64,000 bases of DNA from Takakia lepidozioides (Eukaryota; Plantae; Bryophyta), in the NCBI GenBank assembly GCA_030704615.1, contig CM060733.1, forward strand, positions 50,840,001 through 50,904,000, read 5' to 3'. Within the stretch, counting starts at the first letter, position 1. Each line of letters opens with the position of its first letter. Below, piece after piece: positions 63,001 to 64,000 of the stretch. The translations under genes were made by a program, and so were the position numbers. The notes under the pieces are model-generated. The model was not told the origin of the DNA. It saw only the letters and a list, made by a program, of their open reading frames with translations, and did no database searches.

Positions 63001-64000
63001 AGCAAGTTGTGCCATGGATTGCAGCCAGCTCCCTCTTCTAAATTCTTGGACCATAAACAATGTTTTGAAACTGGTACTGAAGCTGTTTGTGCTGAACCTT
63101 GCAGATGTCAAGCTCCTCAAAGAAGAAGGTCTGTTTTGTGATGTTTGTGGATCAAGCAAGCCTGGATGTCATACTACAGGAAGGCCAGAAAGTTGATGCA
63201 AATGGGAACCTTGGATTATGGAGGATTGTACTTATTAAGAACTTGCCGTACCGTGATGGTCGGCGCAATGGGAAGGTGCCCAAATTTTTAACGCATCGAC
63301 TGTTCCCCAATGCCAGGCAAGTTGTCAGAAACTGAGTATTGTGGGCTGGTTGTAGATTACCACTTCTGACTTTGAAGTTGTGTCAGTTGCAGAGAAGGAG
63401 TGGTCATCGGTGTAATATCAATTGAAGCTGGGCCGAAGAAGCTGGTGTATTAGAGTAGGGTGGGCTTTGAGTAAGGCAAAAGTCAAATATAGGAGCATCT
63501 GCAGAAGAGTCATGTAATATTTATGCTGCAAGAGTGCATCTGTGGGGAACAGGTACTCAATATGGCTGGATAGTAAGCTGCGCTTACAGAGTGATCCACT
63601 TTTGATTTTGGAGTATTTCTTATGGCGGGGAAAGCATGAGTATGCCATATCCAACCATTATGATCGCCATTGTGTGTGGGAGGAAGTGGCACAAAACAAG
63701 CGGCTGAACAAGTTCAACCACTCTATCATTGACCAGCAGTTCCTCTTTTATCAGAAGGATGGCCTCCCACGTTTCAATGAGTCCGATCATTCTCGGCTTC
63801 TACCCAGTCGTGAGTGGCAATTCCTCCCTGTGGTGTTGTGTTATGCCTCAGCTTATGTATGGATACCTGCCTCTTATTAGGACGTGGAATGGAAGGAAGA
63901 AATTTTGATGAATATGTCTGGGACTCAAGAGGTGTACATTTTGTAATGGCAGATGTGCCGGAAGGATCATTCATAGTGAGGGCCCACACCCCCATGGCCA
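60076..64000 (+). CDS. DUF616 (MUCI70/TOD1-like putative glycosyltransferase), type II membrane protein; runs off the window
   Basis: N-terminal TM GFFVVLLLLVVLITIF; GLYNERGRNELLEYE; WEPRFAGHQTL, HCGFV, IAVSSCIFG, VCFVMFVD, GLWRIVLIKNLPY, HRLFPNAR-YSIWLDSKL, AISNHYDRHCVWEE. Confidence 0.93.

Overview
Eukaryotic nuclear DNA from a land plant with flagellated sperm (bryophyte, lycophyte or fern grade, inferred from an intron-containing CFAP70-like gene). Five spliced host genes (TPR3-like, EG45-like, CFAP70-like, cytosolic glutathione reductase, DUF616/MUCI70-like) surround a ~38 kb transposon-rich block (3.9-42.5 kb). The most unusual object is an 11.7 kb Ty3/gypsy-type retroelement (21255-32969, 4-bp TSD GACT). 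Its Pol has the order protease - DNMT3-like C5 cytosine methyltransferase - RT - RNase H - DDE integrase - PHD finger. It lacks two conventional LTRs and instead has split direct repeats A1 ... PPT-B1-gc-A2-B2, with a palindromic internal junction GACAGCTGTC that reproduces the joined element ends. It has no tRNA-type PBS; the PBS is complementary to the loop of a hairpin in repeat A (self-priming candidate). Its leader carries captured MAD1 and RPS18 fragments. A diverged, truncated relative (10595-~13900, minus) has the same B1-gc-A2-B2 end, so this is a family trait. Also present: L1-type LINE pieces, an internally deleted self-priming chromovirus, Tourist-like MITEs, a tRNA-derived SINE and a 25S/26S rRNA fragment in an intron. 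All homology calls come from recalled motifs; no searches were run.
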